A DNA stretch of 46,571 nucleotides from Dehalococcoidia bacterium (GCA_030740155.1 JASLXV010000013.1:1-46571), one strand, 5' to 3'; shown: positions 18,201 through 26,762, numbered from the stretch's first letter. The notes: generated by a model not told the origin, from the sequence alone. Numbers and translations: made by a program.

Positions 18201-18250
18201 CATACCCTGGTACGAGATGATAATAGTACCAGGGTGTGAGCAAACTCACA
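18201..18250. promoter_or_regulatory. Inverted repeat plus TGTGA-N6-TCACA site upstream of the SARP regulator
   Basis: ACCCTGGTAC (18204-18213) / GTACCAGGGT (18226-18235) perfect inverted repeat. TGTGA-GCAAAC-TCACA at 18235-18250 has CRP/FNR-family or Rex-like geometry. Confidence 0.55.
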
Positions 18251-18709
18251 ATAGGCGGAGCCAACAGGTAAGTGTTCAGACTTGAGGGGACGAACTTGAT
18301 TTGCTGGCCTCCGCCCCGGCCGTTCCGCGCCTGGCGGCATTATGTTGGCACAAGTGAGGAACCCAAATCCCCTCGAATGTGAACAGTTACGCCAACAGGC
18401 ACAAACGATCAACAATTGGAATGAAAAGGGTGGTCACCCGAAACGGTTTGGCTGGTATCGTGTCACCTTAGAACATTGCTGACCCGAGCCCCAAGAATCT
18501 GCCGGTGATGAATCCGCCGGGAATGACGAAAACGGCTCATGGCTATCGCTCGAAAAGGGAGCCCTTCATATTTGTGGATTTCGGAATTCCGGCTTGGCCG
18601 GAAAGACGCCGGAAAGACAATCGCAGTGAGGGGATGTCGCACAATTTCGCCGATGTAGAGCTATCTACAAAACAAGACACCAGGCACCAGGTGGATCCGG
18701 CGGATTCGC

Positions 18710-19972
18710 TCAGGAACCGGGGCCCTGCCCATCGTCTCCGGGTGCTCCGGCGGCGCCCTGGTCCGAGGGGCGCCGCCAGGGCATCCTGCCCATTTCGGAC
18801 ATCAATCCTTGGATTAGTTCCACTGTGACCACATCGTCTCCCCGGCTGCGGGCCCGTTCCTCTATGGCCCGCTTCACCCTCGACCGGATGAACCCCGGCG
18901 CCCGCTGAATCCGCGACTGGGCTTCGGGTGTCCAATCCAGCTCTCGCGGTGCGGCCGCCAAACCGCCAACAGGCTGATAGTCGCACCAGGGGTCTTCACC
19001 GAGGTAGTCGCCCGTCGTGGCGAAGGCACGAGCGCGGCAGCCGACGCACCCGTCCGCGAACTCGCACACCCCGCATCGTCCCGCAAGCTGGGGTCCGCGC
19101 AACGCCTTGAGGTGGCGCGAGCCCTCCCATATCTGCCGGAGGGTGTATTCCTTAACGTTGCCCGCCACTAGGGGCAGGTAGGGACAGGGTGTAAGGTCTC
19201 CTCTGGGGGTGATCCGGCAGTAGCTGGTCGCCGCCATGCAGCCCGCGCTTCCCAGCAGCGAGGAGCCCTGCTGAGCCGCTATTCTGGTGAAATGCGGGGC
19301 GCACCGGGCGCGGACCATCATTCCAGGGTAGTGGTTCTGGGCCTCCACCAGGTATTGGAGGGTCTGCTCGTACTGCCCCGGAGTGATGTCGGTGAGCTTT
19401 TCGCCCCGCCCGGTGCACACCAGAAAGTAGATCATGACGCCTTGCACCCCCCTTGCGGAGGCGAATTCGAGGAGCTGAGGTAGCTGCGCGCAGTTCCATT
19501 GGGTGACCGTGGTGTGCACCAGGACGCCGATGCCCGCCGCCTGGCATTGGTCGATTCCCGCGACGGCCCTGGACCAGGCGCCCGGAAGACCCCGGAATGA
19601 GTCGTGTTCCTCGGGGGTTATCGCGTCCAGGCTTATGCCGACGCTCATCACGCCGCTATTGGCCAGCCGCTTGGCCACCGTCTCGGTGATCAGGATGCCG
19701 TTACTTCCCATCACCACGGCTATGCCTTTCTTCGAAGCGCACTCGGCGAGGTCGTAGGCGTCGGCGCGGAGGAGCGGTTCACCTCCGGTGAGGATCAGCA
19801 TTTCCGTCCCCATGTCGGCCATCTGGCCGATCAGGTCCAGCCCCTCGGCGGTAGTCAACTCATCCTTGCCCACCTTGGCGGCGGCAAGATAGCAATGGTC
19901 GCAGGCCAGGTTGCAACCCGAGGTTATGTTCCAGGAGATGAGCCGGGGCTTATACTCAAGAGTCTCGTGCAC
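18710..19972 (-). CDS. Radical SAM/SPASM protein, AhbD/NirJ-like (heme biosynthesis), with C-terminal PCP_red-like domain
   Basis: WNITSGCNLACDHC, TGGEPLLR, RCAPHFTR, GCMAATSYCRI...PCPYL, CGVCEF..GC.GCRARA...GDYLGEDPWC, then a WTPEAQSRIQRAPGFIRSRVK tail. Confidence 0.8.
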   Translation of the reverse strand: MHETLEYKPRLISWNITSGCNLACDHCYLAAAKVGKDELTTAEGLDLIGQMADMGTEMLILTGGEPLLRADAYDLAECASKKGIAVVMGSNGILITETVAKRLANSGVMSVGISLDAITPEEHDSFRGLPGAWSRAVAGIDQCQAAGIGVLVHTTVTQWNCAQLPQLLEFASARGVQGVMIYFLVCTGRGEKLTDITPGQYEQTLQYLVEAQNHYPGMMVRARCAPHFTRIAAQQGSSLLGSAGCMAATSYCRITPRGDLTPCPYLPLVAGNVKEYTLRQIWEGSRHLKALRGPQLAGRCGVCEFADGCVGCRARAFATTGDYLGEDPWCDYQPVGGLAAAPRELDWTPEAQSRIQRAPGFIRSRVKRAIEERARSRGDDVVTVELIQGLMSEMGRMPWRRPSDQGAAGAPGDDGQGPGS

Positions 19973-19987
19973 GCTCTCGCTTCCTAG

Positions 19988-20635
19988 TTAAGGATGGTGA
20001 AACCCGGCCCCGCCGCCCCAAGAGCCCTTGGCTTCCTCCACAAGCTCCGAGGTGATCTCGCCGGCCCCCTTCCGCTGGGCGTGCGCCTCAATGGCCTCGA
20101 CCACCATCCCCCTGACAAAGGGCGGGATGCGCTCGATCCGCTCCAGGGCCTCGGCGCTCCAGCTCATCTCGCTGGTGGCCTTCTCCGAGCCGCTGGACCA
20201 CTGATCGTACTTCTCCTCCATCAGGGCCACGGTCACTATCGCCTCTCCTCTTCGTTTGGCCAGGTGCTCCACCCTTTGCCGGGTTAAATCGCGCATGATG
20301 CCCTCGGGCACCCGCCCCAAACGGGCCGCTGCCTCCGGAGTCCAATCCAGGTCCTCAACGGTGGACCCGCCGGTTGGCTCAGGAGAGGGCCGGCCGCCCC
20401 GCTGGTGCCGGCCGGCATCCAGGGATTGCTCCATCGGGGGAGAGGGATCATTCCCACCACCCCCCATCTGAATCCCGATGGCGCCAGCCAGTTCCGTTTC
20501 GCCGGGATTCGTCAGGAGGCCCACCTGGGCCCCGCAGGTCTGGCAACTGAAGGTCATCGCTGGGGAGCCTTCATCGGGGTCCCTGTTCTCCAAGCGTTGC
20601 ATCGGCGCGTCGCACTTTACGCAAAGGAGTTTCAA
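19988..20635 (-). CDS. Zn-ribbon + tandem PCP_red-like domain protein
   Basis: CVKC...CQTC, LTNPGET, then WTPEAAARLGRVP and WSAEALERIERIPPFVRGMV repeats. TTG start after GAAAGGAGG. Confidence 0.8.
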   Translation of the reverse strand: MKLLCVKCDAPMQRLENRDPDEGSPAMTFSCQTCGAQVGLLTNPGETELAGAIGIQMGGGGNDPSPPMEQSLDAGRHQRGGRPSPEPTGGSTVEDLDWTPEAAARLGRVPEGIMRDLTRQRVEHLAKRRGEAIVTVALMEEKYDQWSSGSEKATSEMSWSAEALERIERIPPFVRGMVVEAIEAHAQRKGAGEITSELVEEAKGSWGGGAGFHHP

Positions 20636-20726
20636 CCGGGGCCTCCTTTCACCAATGACGGGCCACCGACGACCGGAGGTTTTCCGCCACGGCGGTCAAC
20701 GCGCCGGCTATCGGCATCGAGCCGGT

Positions 20727-20930
20727 TTACGGCGCGTGGCCCTCTCCCCAATACCCGTGCATCGCCTCGGCCGCCCTAAGCAGCAATCGTTTGCCCGGAG
20801 CCGTGGTAGGTCCGGGGAAATGTCCGGGTCGAGAGTTCGGTGATTCTTGCAGGTCAACTATATCGTCTCTAACTTCAGAGAGCAAATGGTGGAAAATGGC
20901 ATCGACGGACACCGCCTGGGCACCTGCCAT
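20727..20930 (-). CDS. Possible small hypothetical protein
   Basis: ATG preceded by GAGAGGGG and co-oriented with the cluster. No recognisable motif. Confidence 0.3.
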   Translation of the reverse strand: MAGAQAVSVDAIFHHLLSEVRDDIVDLQESPNSRPGHFPGPTTAPGKRLLLRAAEAMHGYWGEGHAP

Positions 20931-21360
20931 CCCCTCTCAGGACCTATGCAATGCCCTTGCCTCTAGTGGGCCGGCAGCAATGATGGGACTGCGATACTCG
21001 ACTAGGGGTCATCCCGGGCTGGGCTTGACTCAAAGTGGGACAAGCATGCTGCCCTGAAGGTGGTCTGCCGTGCCGGTCCAGCCCCAGCCCAGCCGGGAGC
21101 CAACAACACCTCGGAACCGTGATCTTTGGCTGAGTTCCACTCAACTTGACCTCGGTCTTGCACAGCTGGATCGTGACCTCTTCAGAATAAGGTCCCCTTG
21201 TTTGGTGTGGTCCTCCTATGGGTGTCCAGGCTCGGACCTTTCCACTACCCTTTTTTGACCTGAACTAATGTTCTACGAAAATGGAAGTTGTTTGTGCTGT
21301 CTCTCCTCGAGACATCGCCCCAACGGATTTGGCCGCAATGCATGACGCCGGAAGTACTCA

Positions 21361-21669
21361 TTAGGCGAATCCGGGCAATCTGTACCTATCCGGGCGGTCA
21401 CTGAAATCCTCCAGTTCGGTCATCCCGAAGTCCAATTCAGCTAGCAGCACGCATTCTGGGTCCACACAATCTGCAACCGCGTCAAAAACTTGCCAATCGG
21501 TTGTCGGTCCCCCACACATGACACACCCGTGATTGAGGTAGTCTATGATTATTTGGCGGGCAGTTTCTGATGGCAGCCTGCCCGTGTGGTACGAGAGGAA
21601 CCCCAAACGGCGGAAATATTTGCCAGGAATCCGGATCGAGATGACTTTGGTAATTTGTGGTTCTGACAT
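21361..21669 (-). CDS. Ribbon-helix-helix (CopG/Arc-like) DNA-binding protein with Cys-rich C-terminal domain
   Basis: KVISIRIP strand, then helix, G..PSE..R..I..YL helix, then CVMC...C....C. RBS GAGGAG. Confidence 0.65.
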   Translation of the reverse strand: MSEPQITKVISIRIPGKYFRRLGFLSYHTGRLPSETARQIIIDYLNHGCVMCGGPTTDWQVFDAVADCVDPECVLLAELDFGMTELEDFSDRPDRYRLPGFA

Positions 21670-21741
21670 GGTAATTCTCCTCAGTTACAAAGTAATTTCT
21701 TAGAGTTACAAGGTAATCAGCGGTGGGAGTTACTTAGTAAT
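21641..21741. repeat. Five phased operator-like repeats (T(T/G)AC-N3/4-GTAAT)
   Basis: AGTTACAAAGTAAT (21683), AGTTACAAGGTAAT (21704), AGTTACTTAGTAAT (21728), plus degenerate TGACATGGTAAT and TGACTTTGGTAAT. GTAAT ends at 21654, 21675, 21696, 21717 and 21741. Confidence 0.8.
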
Positions 21742-21951
21742 CGATATAATCGATTTGTTTCAGGCTGGCTCTTCGGCTGTTCTGGTCTAGGCATTTGCTG
21801 GGTGGTTCCGAAAAAGATTCTCCAGATGCTGTCGATGGAGGGAGAGTGGTCCCAGAAGTTTTGAGGCGGGGCAATGGGATCGGCAGCCGGGACGTTCGAG
21901 GAGAGTGGGCCTACGTTTCGCTAGAGTTGATACGAACGTAAGAATCAGACG

Positions 21952-22143
21952 CTAAGCATTACTGGCCTCCGCCTCAGGGTCGTCTGCAGGTTCTTGAACT
22001 ATTTGCTCCCTGGCCGGTGCCTCGGCCCCTTGGTCAGGAGCGGAAAGCAGCCAATCGAATAACGCCCGCCAGGGCCCATCTGTCGCAGCTGGGCGAAGCT
22101 TTATGATGGGCGGTGGATTATTCGGTATATTGGGTGCAACCAC
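21952..22143 (-). CDS. Small hypothetical protein of the integrative element
   Basis: 63 aa, divergent from the recombinase operon, with a WRALFDWLL amphipathic segment. No family recognised. Confidence 0.45.
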   Translation of the reverse strand: MVAPNIPNNPPPIIKLRPAATDGPWRALFDWLLSAPDQGAEAPAREQIVQEPADDPEAEASNA

Positions 22144-22213
22144 GCATATAGGATAGCTAATGAGGATTAATTATTCAATTGGCGCTAGTAATGAGATATA
22201 TATCTATTAATAG

Positions 22214-22242
22214 TTGACAATACGCTTGTATCTGGCGATAAT
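22214..22242 (+). promoter_or_regulatory. Sigma70-type promoter for the HTH protein-recombinase operon
   Basis: TTGACA-17 nt-GATAAT in an AT-rich divergent intergenic region containing palindromes AGATATATATCT and CTATTAATAG. Confidence 0.75.
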
Positions 22243-22280
22243 AAGGATGCATTTGGCAGACAACCGAGGGGGAGGCTCTC

Positions 22281-23207
22281 GTGCCACGACCGAAAAGCAT
22301 CGCCTGGGAGAAGCGGCTAGCGGTGTTCCTCGACTACCGGCGAAGCCGCCAGAAAGTAAATCCGGTGGCCAATCGCCACGTTATCGCCCGTTCAACGGCC
22401 AGGGCCATTGTCAAAGAGTTCGTTGACATGGGCTTTTCGGAGCGGCCTCGGGCCAAGGTGTCAGAGGCTTTGCTGAAAGAGATGCAAGAGCAGCATCTCG
22501 GCAGCCTCGGCAAATTCACATGCGGGGAAGTGGGTTCCTTGAACCTCGGACCCGGCACCGAAAACGAGGTAGGACGGCAAGAAGCCTACGACGAGCCACT
22601 TCCGGCCTCCGAGGAAGCTCTGTGGCACCTCAGAGGCACCAGAGCCGAAAAGGTAATTCGGGAGGCGAGAGAAGCCGCCCGTGATTACCTGGGGCGTGAG
22701 TCCGAGGTGTGGCAGGACCTCCGGTCGGCCCTTGAAGAAGCATGCAAATTGCCGGAAAGTGAGGGTGCAATTGGCGATGACCCAGAGCCCCATCTGCTCC
22801 CGGCGCTAAAGCGCCGGCTACGCAACGCCTTTTTTGAAGGGGGTTTTCTGTCGGAACTCCCGCCTCCTAGTTGGCTGCAGTGGGAACTGGCACCAGACGA
22901 CCCCAGGGTTCTCAGACTACAGGGAGAGCCTGTTGGCGTCGGAAGAGCAGAGGACCACCAGCGATGCAGAGAGGGAGTGAAGGCCTTTCTTGCTAATAAC
23001 TTCCGAAAACATCAGAGGCGCTTCCTGGAGGTCTGGCAGTTGCGCAAGGACATGATGCTCGTGGGAGGGATTGTGGCGAAGGCAGTGGGGGGCGTAACGG
23101 AAGATGACATACGCAGGGGAATCTGTCCCGCGTGCCCATACCCGGAAGCAAGTCTGGAGCTGATTACAGGCCCTAGGGCAAGCAAGCGCCGTACAGAGGA
23201 GGATTGA
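22281..23207 (+). CDS. Hypothetical protein with N-terminal HTH-like segment, co-transcribed with the recombinase
   Basis: RBS GGGGGAGG. KVNPVANRHVIARSTARAIVKEF is HTH-like. C-terminal ICPACPY. Ends 4 nt before the recombinase start. Confidence 0.7.
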   Translation: MPRPKSIAWEKRLAVFLDYRRSRQKVNPVANRHVIARSTARAIVKEFVDMGFSERPRAKVSEALLKEMQEQHLGSLGKFTCGEVGSLNLGPGTENEVGRQEAYDEPLPASEEALWHLRGTRAEKVIREAREAARDYLGRESEVWQDLRSALEEACKLPESEGAIGDDPEPHLLPALKRRLRNAFFEGGFLSELPPPSWLQWELAPDDPRVLRLQGEPVGVGRAEDHQRCREGVKAFLANNFRKHQRRFLEVWQLRKDMMLVGGIVAKAVGGVTEDDIRRGICPACPYPEASLELITGPRASKRRTEED

Positions 23208-23211
23208 TGCT

Positions 23212-25110
23212 ATGAAGGTCGCCGCAGTCTGGTGCAGAGTCTCCACCCATGACCAGCGGGAGCTGTCCCTGGACAGCCAAGAAATCGCTGTCCGAAAGGC
23301 GCTTGAGGCCCAGGGCTATGATGCTCCACCGCAGTACGTATTGACGGTGGATTGGTCGAGCCTGGACCTGATGTCTTGTCCTGAGTTCCGGCAGCTCCGC
23401 CGATGGATCGTTGACGGCACAATCCAGGCAATGGGTACTCTTGACCGGGACCGGCTCCAGGCACAAGGTCTGCAGCGGCTCATCTTTCTCTCGGAGTGTA
23501 GAGACAAGGGTGTGGAGATCATCACCGCGCAAGGTCCGCCCATGCTGGAAGGCGGTGAAGGGCAACTGGTGGAACTGGCCCTGGCCTTGGGTAAGGAACG
23601 GTCGGTTTTGAGGGCACAGCAGGGCGCACGCGATGGACTACGGGACCGGGCTCGCCTCAAGGGTCTACCGCCCAACATGAACAAGCCTTTTGGGATGCGG
23701 TGGGAGAGCAACCGGTTGGTGCCCGACGAGAATTATCCTGTCGCCTGCGAAGTGTGGCGCATGGGCCTGGCAGGAGGGAAGAAGATCATGTCCATCGCCA
23801 AGGAATTGACTCGGAGAGGTATTCTCACCCCGAGCGGCAAGCTCGGTTGGTCTGGCTTTTCAGTGCGGCACATCTTGAGGAACCGGACATACGCCGGAGT
23901 GATTGAGGCGCTCAAGACCGAGTCAGTCGAGCCCAAAGTTCGAAGGGCGGCTACGTATGGAAAGTCCGGCAGGAGGCTCCGTCCCGAAAGTGAGCGTATC
24001 CGGCTGGAAGGTCTGGTGGACCGGCCGATCGTCACCGAAGCCGAGTTCGGATGGATGCAGCAGCGGCTGAAGGAGAACCAGCGACTGGCGTTAAAGAACA
24101 CCAAGCTCCGCTATTACCTGCTGAAGGGCATGATTCGGTGTGCCGCCTGCGGGAAGGCTTACGTCGGCGTCACCTTCAAGCGCCCCGGCAAGGAGTATTC
24201 CTACTACGTCTGCGGCGCCCATTGGAAGCGGCCTCTGCGGGGCGAGCTATGCCAGTCTCATAGTCTTGGAGCGGAAGCCATGGAGACGGCCGTCTTTGGC
24301 ATGGTTGTGGACTTCCTCGATGGCCCTGAAGGATTTGAGGAAGAGATGCAGCGGCGGCGTGGGATCTCTGCGGAAAGCGAAGCGAGCCTGATTCGGGAAT
24401 TGGAGTCGCTTAATCGGCAAGCTCGCGAAGAGCAGGAGGCCGAGGCCAGGGCATTCCGGCTGGCCTCCCGTGGAACGGTGAGCGAGGAAGTATTCAACCA
24501 GGAGATCGGGCTGATCCGTACAAAACAACGCTGGATTGCCGAGCAACAGGAGCGAGTGGAGCACCAGCTTGAGGACATTCAGCGGTACAGCTTCGACCCT
24601 CAGAGTATAGAGACGTTGCGCCAGCGACTGGAGGCAAGGTTGGCGGCGGCCACTCCCGAGGACCGGCGATTTGTCCTGGAGGCAGTCGGAGCCAATATAA
24701 TCGTCCAAGCAGATGGAGCCTGGGAACTCGAACTCCAGGTCCCGCGTGAAGTCCCGACACCCGAGAGCGATTTACAAATAGTGAACAGCCGACCAGCCCA
24801 CGTCACCATCCAGATTCACGTACGAGATATCCAGGTCCGCGGCCAGGGCCTCCAGGTCGTCTTCTTGGGCGCGGTCGCGCAGGCTTGCCAGCTTGGCGTG
24901 ACGGAACAAGGCATCATCCTCCAGGTTGATCTTGGCATCCAGGGCCACCGCCCGGCCGTCGTCGGTGATGACGAGGGGGTTTATCTCCACCAGGGAGCAG
25001 TCGTTTTCGAGAAGCAGCAGGTACATTGCCTCCAGTATCTGGACCACCTCCCGGACCGGCCCCGGATCCAGCTGCAGCCAGCCGGCCAGCCGGCGGGACT
25101 TATAGGCTGA
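23212..25110 (+). CDS. Large serine recombinase (integrase); last ~105 codons are read-through into antisense sucC
   Basis: WCRVST catalytic Ser, DRDRL, recombinase domain (IAKELTRRG..W....VRHILRNRTYAG), Zn ribbon (CAACG..YYVC..C), coiled coil. The natural end is near LQIVNSRP (~24795). Confidence 0.92.
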   Translation: MKVAAVWCRVSTHDQRELSLDSQEIAVRKALEAQGYDAPPQYVLTVDWSSLDLMSCPEFRQLRRWIVDGTIQAMGTLDRDRLQAQGLQRLIFLSECRDKGVEIITAQGPPMLEGGEGQLVELALALGKERSVLRAQQGARDGLRDRARLKGLPPNMNKPFGMRWESNRLVPDENYPVACEVWRMGLAGGKKIMSIAKELTRRGILTPSGKLGWSGFSVRHILRNRTYAGVIEALKTESVEPKVRRAATYGKSGRRLRPESERIRLEGLVDRPIVTEAEFGWMQQRLKENQRLALKNTKLRYYLLKGMIRCAACGKAYVGVTFKRPGKEYSYYVCGAHWKRPLRGELCQSHSLGAEAMETAVFGMVVDFLDGPEGFEEEMQRRRGISAESEASLIRELESLNRQAREEQEAEARAFRLASRGTVSEEVFNQEIGLIRTKQRWIAEQQERVEHQLEDIQRYSFDPQSIETLRQRLEARLAAATPEDRRFVLEAVGANIIVQADGAWELELQVPREVPTPESDLQIVNSRPAHVTIQIHVRDIQVRGQGLQVVFLGAVAQACQLGVTEQGIILQVDLGIQGHRPAVVGDDEGVYLHQGAVVFEKQQVHCLQYLDHLPDRPRIQLQPAGQPAGLIG

Positions 25111-25572
25111 AATGCCCGTTCCGGGGTCGATGGGCTCGGTGTGGATATCCTCAGGGTTCTTTGCGGCTACCTGCTCAATATCCACGCCGCCGTTGGGACA
25201 GGCCAGCACCACCAGGCCGCGATACAACGGATCGATGGTAATGGCCAGGTAGACCTCCCGGCTGATGCTGGCCAGTTCCTCCACCAGCACCTGATTCACC
25301 TACAACCCCTGGGCGCCCGTCTGGTGGGTAACCAGGTTCTTGCCGAGCAGCTCTCCAGCGAGTTGTTCGGCTTCGTCGGGAGAGCGCACGACTCGGATAC
25401 CCCCGGCCGTGCCCCTTCCGCCCGCGTGCACCTGGGCCTTCAGCAGCGCCTGGCCTCCAAGGTCAGCGGTGGCCCGCCGGGCCTCCGAAGGAGAACTGGC
25501 GACCGCACTGGCCGGAACCGGAATGCCGTAGCGCCGGAATATATCTTTGGCCTGATACTCGTGAATTTTCAT
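24772..25572 (-). pseudogene. sucC: Truncated succinyl-CoA synthetase beta subunit
   Basis: MKIHEYQAK, KAQVHAGGRG, EINPL, LDAKINLEDDALFRH. In-frame TAG at 25300-25302. Homology ends at YVNLDGDVG (~24796), before the NGAGLAM C-terminal domain. Confidence 0.9.
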
Positions 25573-25898
25573 CGATCCCTCTAAGGCTTCTCCGCGGAGG
25601 CGTCAACAGACAAGCCAGTCACGGAAGTCGGAGCGGGAAACCGTAGTTTAAGAGATTTTGACCACGCCGTCAACGCAGGCCACCAGGCTCTCTCTGTGGA
25701 CAAAACAGTCGGGGCGTTGCATAATCCGAATCCATCAAGAGGCTTGACGATACCCCGCGGAGTCTGCCGCAAGCCCCTTCCGCAACGGGTCCGGCAAAAC
25801 CGGTCCCACCACTCACCTGCCGGACGGTTTCCCGGAGGTTCGCGGCCGGACAAACCGAGGCCGATACCTCACCTGATCAACTCCCTTGGAGGTCAACG

Positions 25899-26762
25899 AT
25901 GCCTGCCAGTGTTCGGTATAACAAGGTGATCGACTTATTAGAGCAGGACAAAACCGTCTTCTGTTCCGGCATGGTCTGGAACGGGAACCTGGACGACCTG
26001 ACCTTCATCGCCGACTCAGACTACGACATGCTGATAATCGAGATGGAGCACCAGGGGTTCAGCCTCAACGACCTTCGCCTTTCCCTCCAGTTTCTACTGA
26101 ATCGCAAGAGGATCGCCGGGCAGGGCAACCTCCAGGCGGACCCGGTCCCAATGGTGCGCATACCGCCTAACCTGCGAGAGCACAACCAGTGGGTGGCCAA
26201 GCAGGCCCTGGATACCGGCGTCTACGGCCTGGTTTTGCCCCACCTCAACACGGTGGAGGACGCCCAGGCGGCAGTGGTAGCGGCCCGGTATCCGCAAGTG
26301 CCGGGCGTCGCCGACTTCGAGCCTCAAGGCGAGCGGGGCTGGTGGCAACGGATCGCCCCCCGGTACTGGGGCCTGACTCCCCAGGAGTATTACGACGCCG
26401 CCGACCTCTGGCCTCTCGATCAAGACGGGAATATCCTGCTGATGGGAATCATCGAAGAACCGGAGGGGGTCAAGAACATCCGGGACATCCTGCGCCAGGC
26501 CAGGGGGATCGGCGCCATCTGGGCCGGACCGGGGGACATGTCGGTGGCCATGGGACATCGCGGCAACGCCGGCCACCCCGAGGTTCAGGAAACCTTGTTG
26601 AAGATACTGGCAGCCTGCAAGGACGCCGGGGTGCCCTGCGCGGTGGGCGCCGCGGCGGCCGAGGTGCCGATGCGCCTGGAGCAGGGTTTCAGAATCGTCA
26701 TTACACCACCCGAGAAGACCACCCGGGGCCTGGCCGAGGGCCGCCGCCTTTCCGGCCGCTGA
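25899..26762 (+). CDS. HpcH/HpaI aldolase family protein
   Basis: IEMEH, VRIPP, KQALDTG..G..LPH, IIEEPEGV.NI, WAGPGDMS. RBS GGAGG. Confidence 0.88.
   Translation: MPASVRYNKVIDLLEQDKTVFCSGMVWNGNLDDLTFIADSDYDMLIIEMEHQGFSLNDLRLSLQFLLNRKRIAGQGNLQADPVPMVRIPPNLREHNQWVAKQALDTGVYGLVLPHLNTVEDAQAAVVAARYPQVPGVADFEPQGERGWWQRIAPRYWGLTPQEYYDAADLWPLDQDGNILLMGIIEEPEGVKNIRDILRQARGIGAIWAGPGDMSVAMGHRGNAGHPEVQETLLKILAACKDAGVPCAVGAAAAEVPMRLEQGFRIVITPPEKTTRGLAEGRRLSGR

Larger units (their letters stand above)
1..24795. mobile_element. Putative integrative element/genomic island inserted in sucC; left boundary not seen in window
   Basis: The serine recombinase abuts the point where sucC breaks off (..YVNLDGDVG|). 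I found no sucC 3' half (CxxNGAGLAM..) in the window. Accessory respiratory and regulatory genes lie to the left and housekeeping genes to the right. Inclusion of the NXR operon in the element is inferred. Confidence 0.6.

Noticed and set aside
19988..20635. PCP_red domains and the GGR gene (42271-43509) as evidence of (bacterio)chlorophyll synthesis
   Set aside because: No DPOR catalytic domains or other bch genes are present. Both families are widespread in non-phototrophs.
21120..21179. TGA(T/C)CT hexamers at exact 27-bp spacing (21120, 21147, 21174)
   Set aside because: Only three short copies with no similarity between them. Could be chance, and it is not a CRISPR or a recognisable SARP heptamer array.
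18710..21260. Radical SAM/SPASM protein as RiPP maturase with an upstream precursor peptide
   Set aside because: Motifs (CAPH, GDYLGEDPWC) and the hemA/cytochrome context fit AhbD/NirJ. Candidate short ORFs at 20944-21260 lack a credible RBS/start pair.
21641..21741. Repeats as a mini-CRISPR array
   Set aside because: The 21-24 bp period is far too short, the repeats are degenerate, and there are no cas genes.
25300..25302. TAG in sucC as pyrrolysine or read-through
   Set aside because: The position is non-catalytic and the gene is truncated anyway. A nonsense mutation or base error is simpler.
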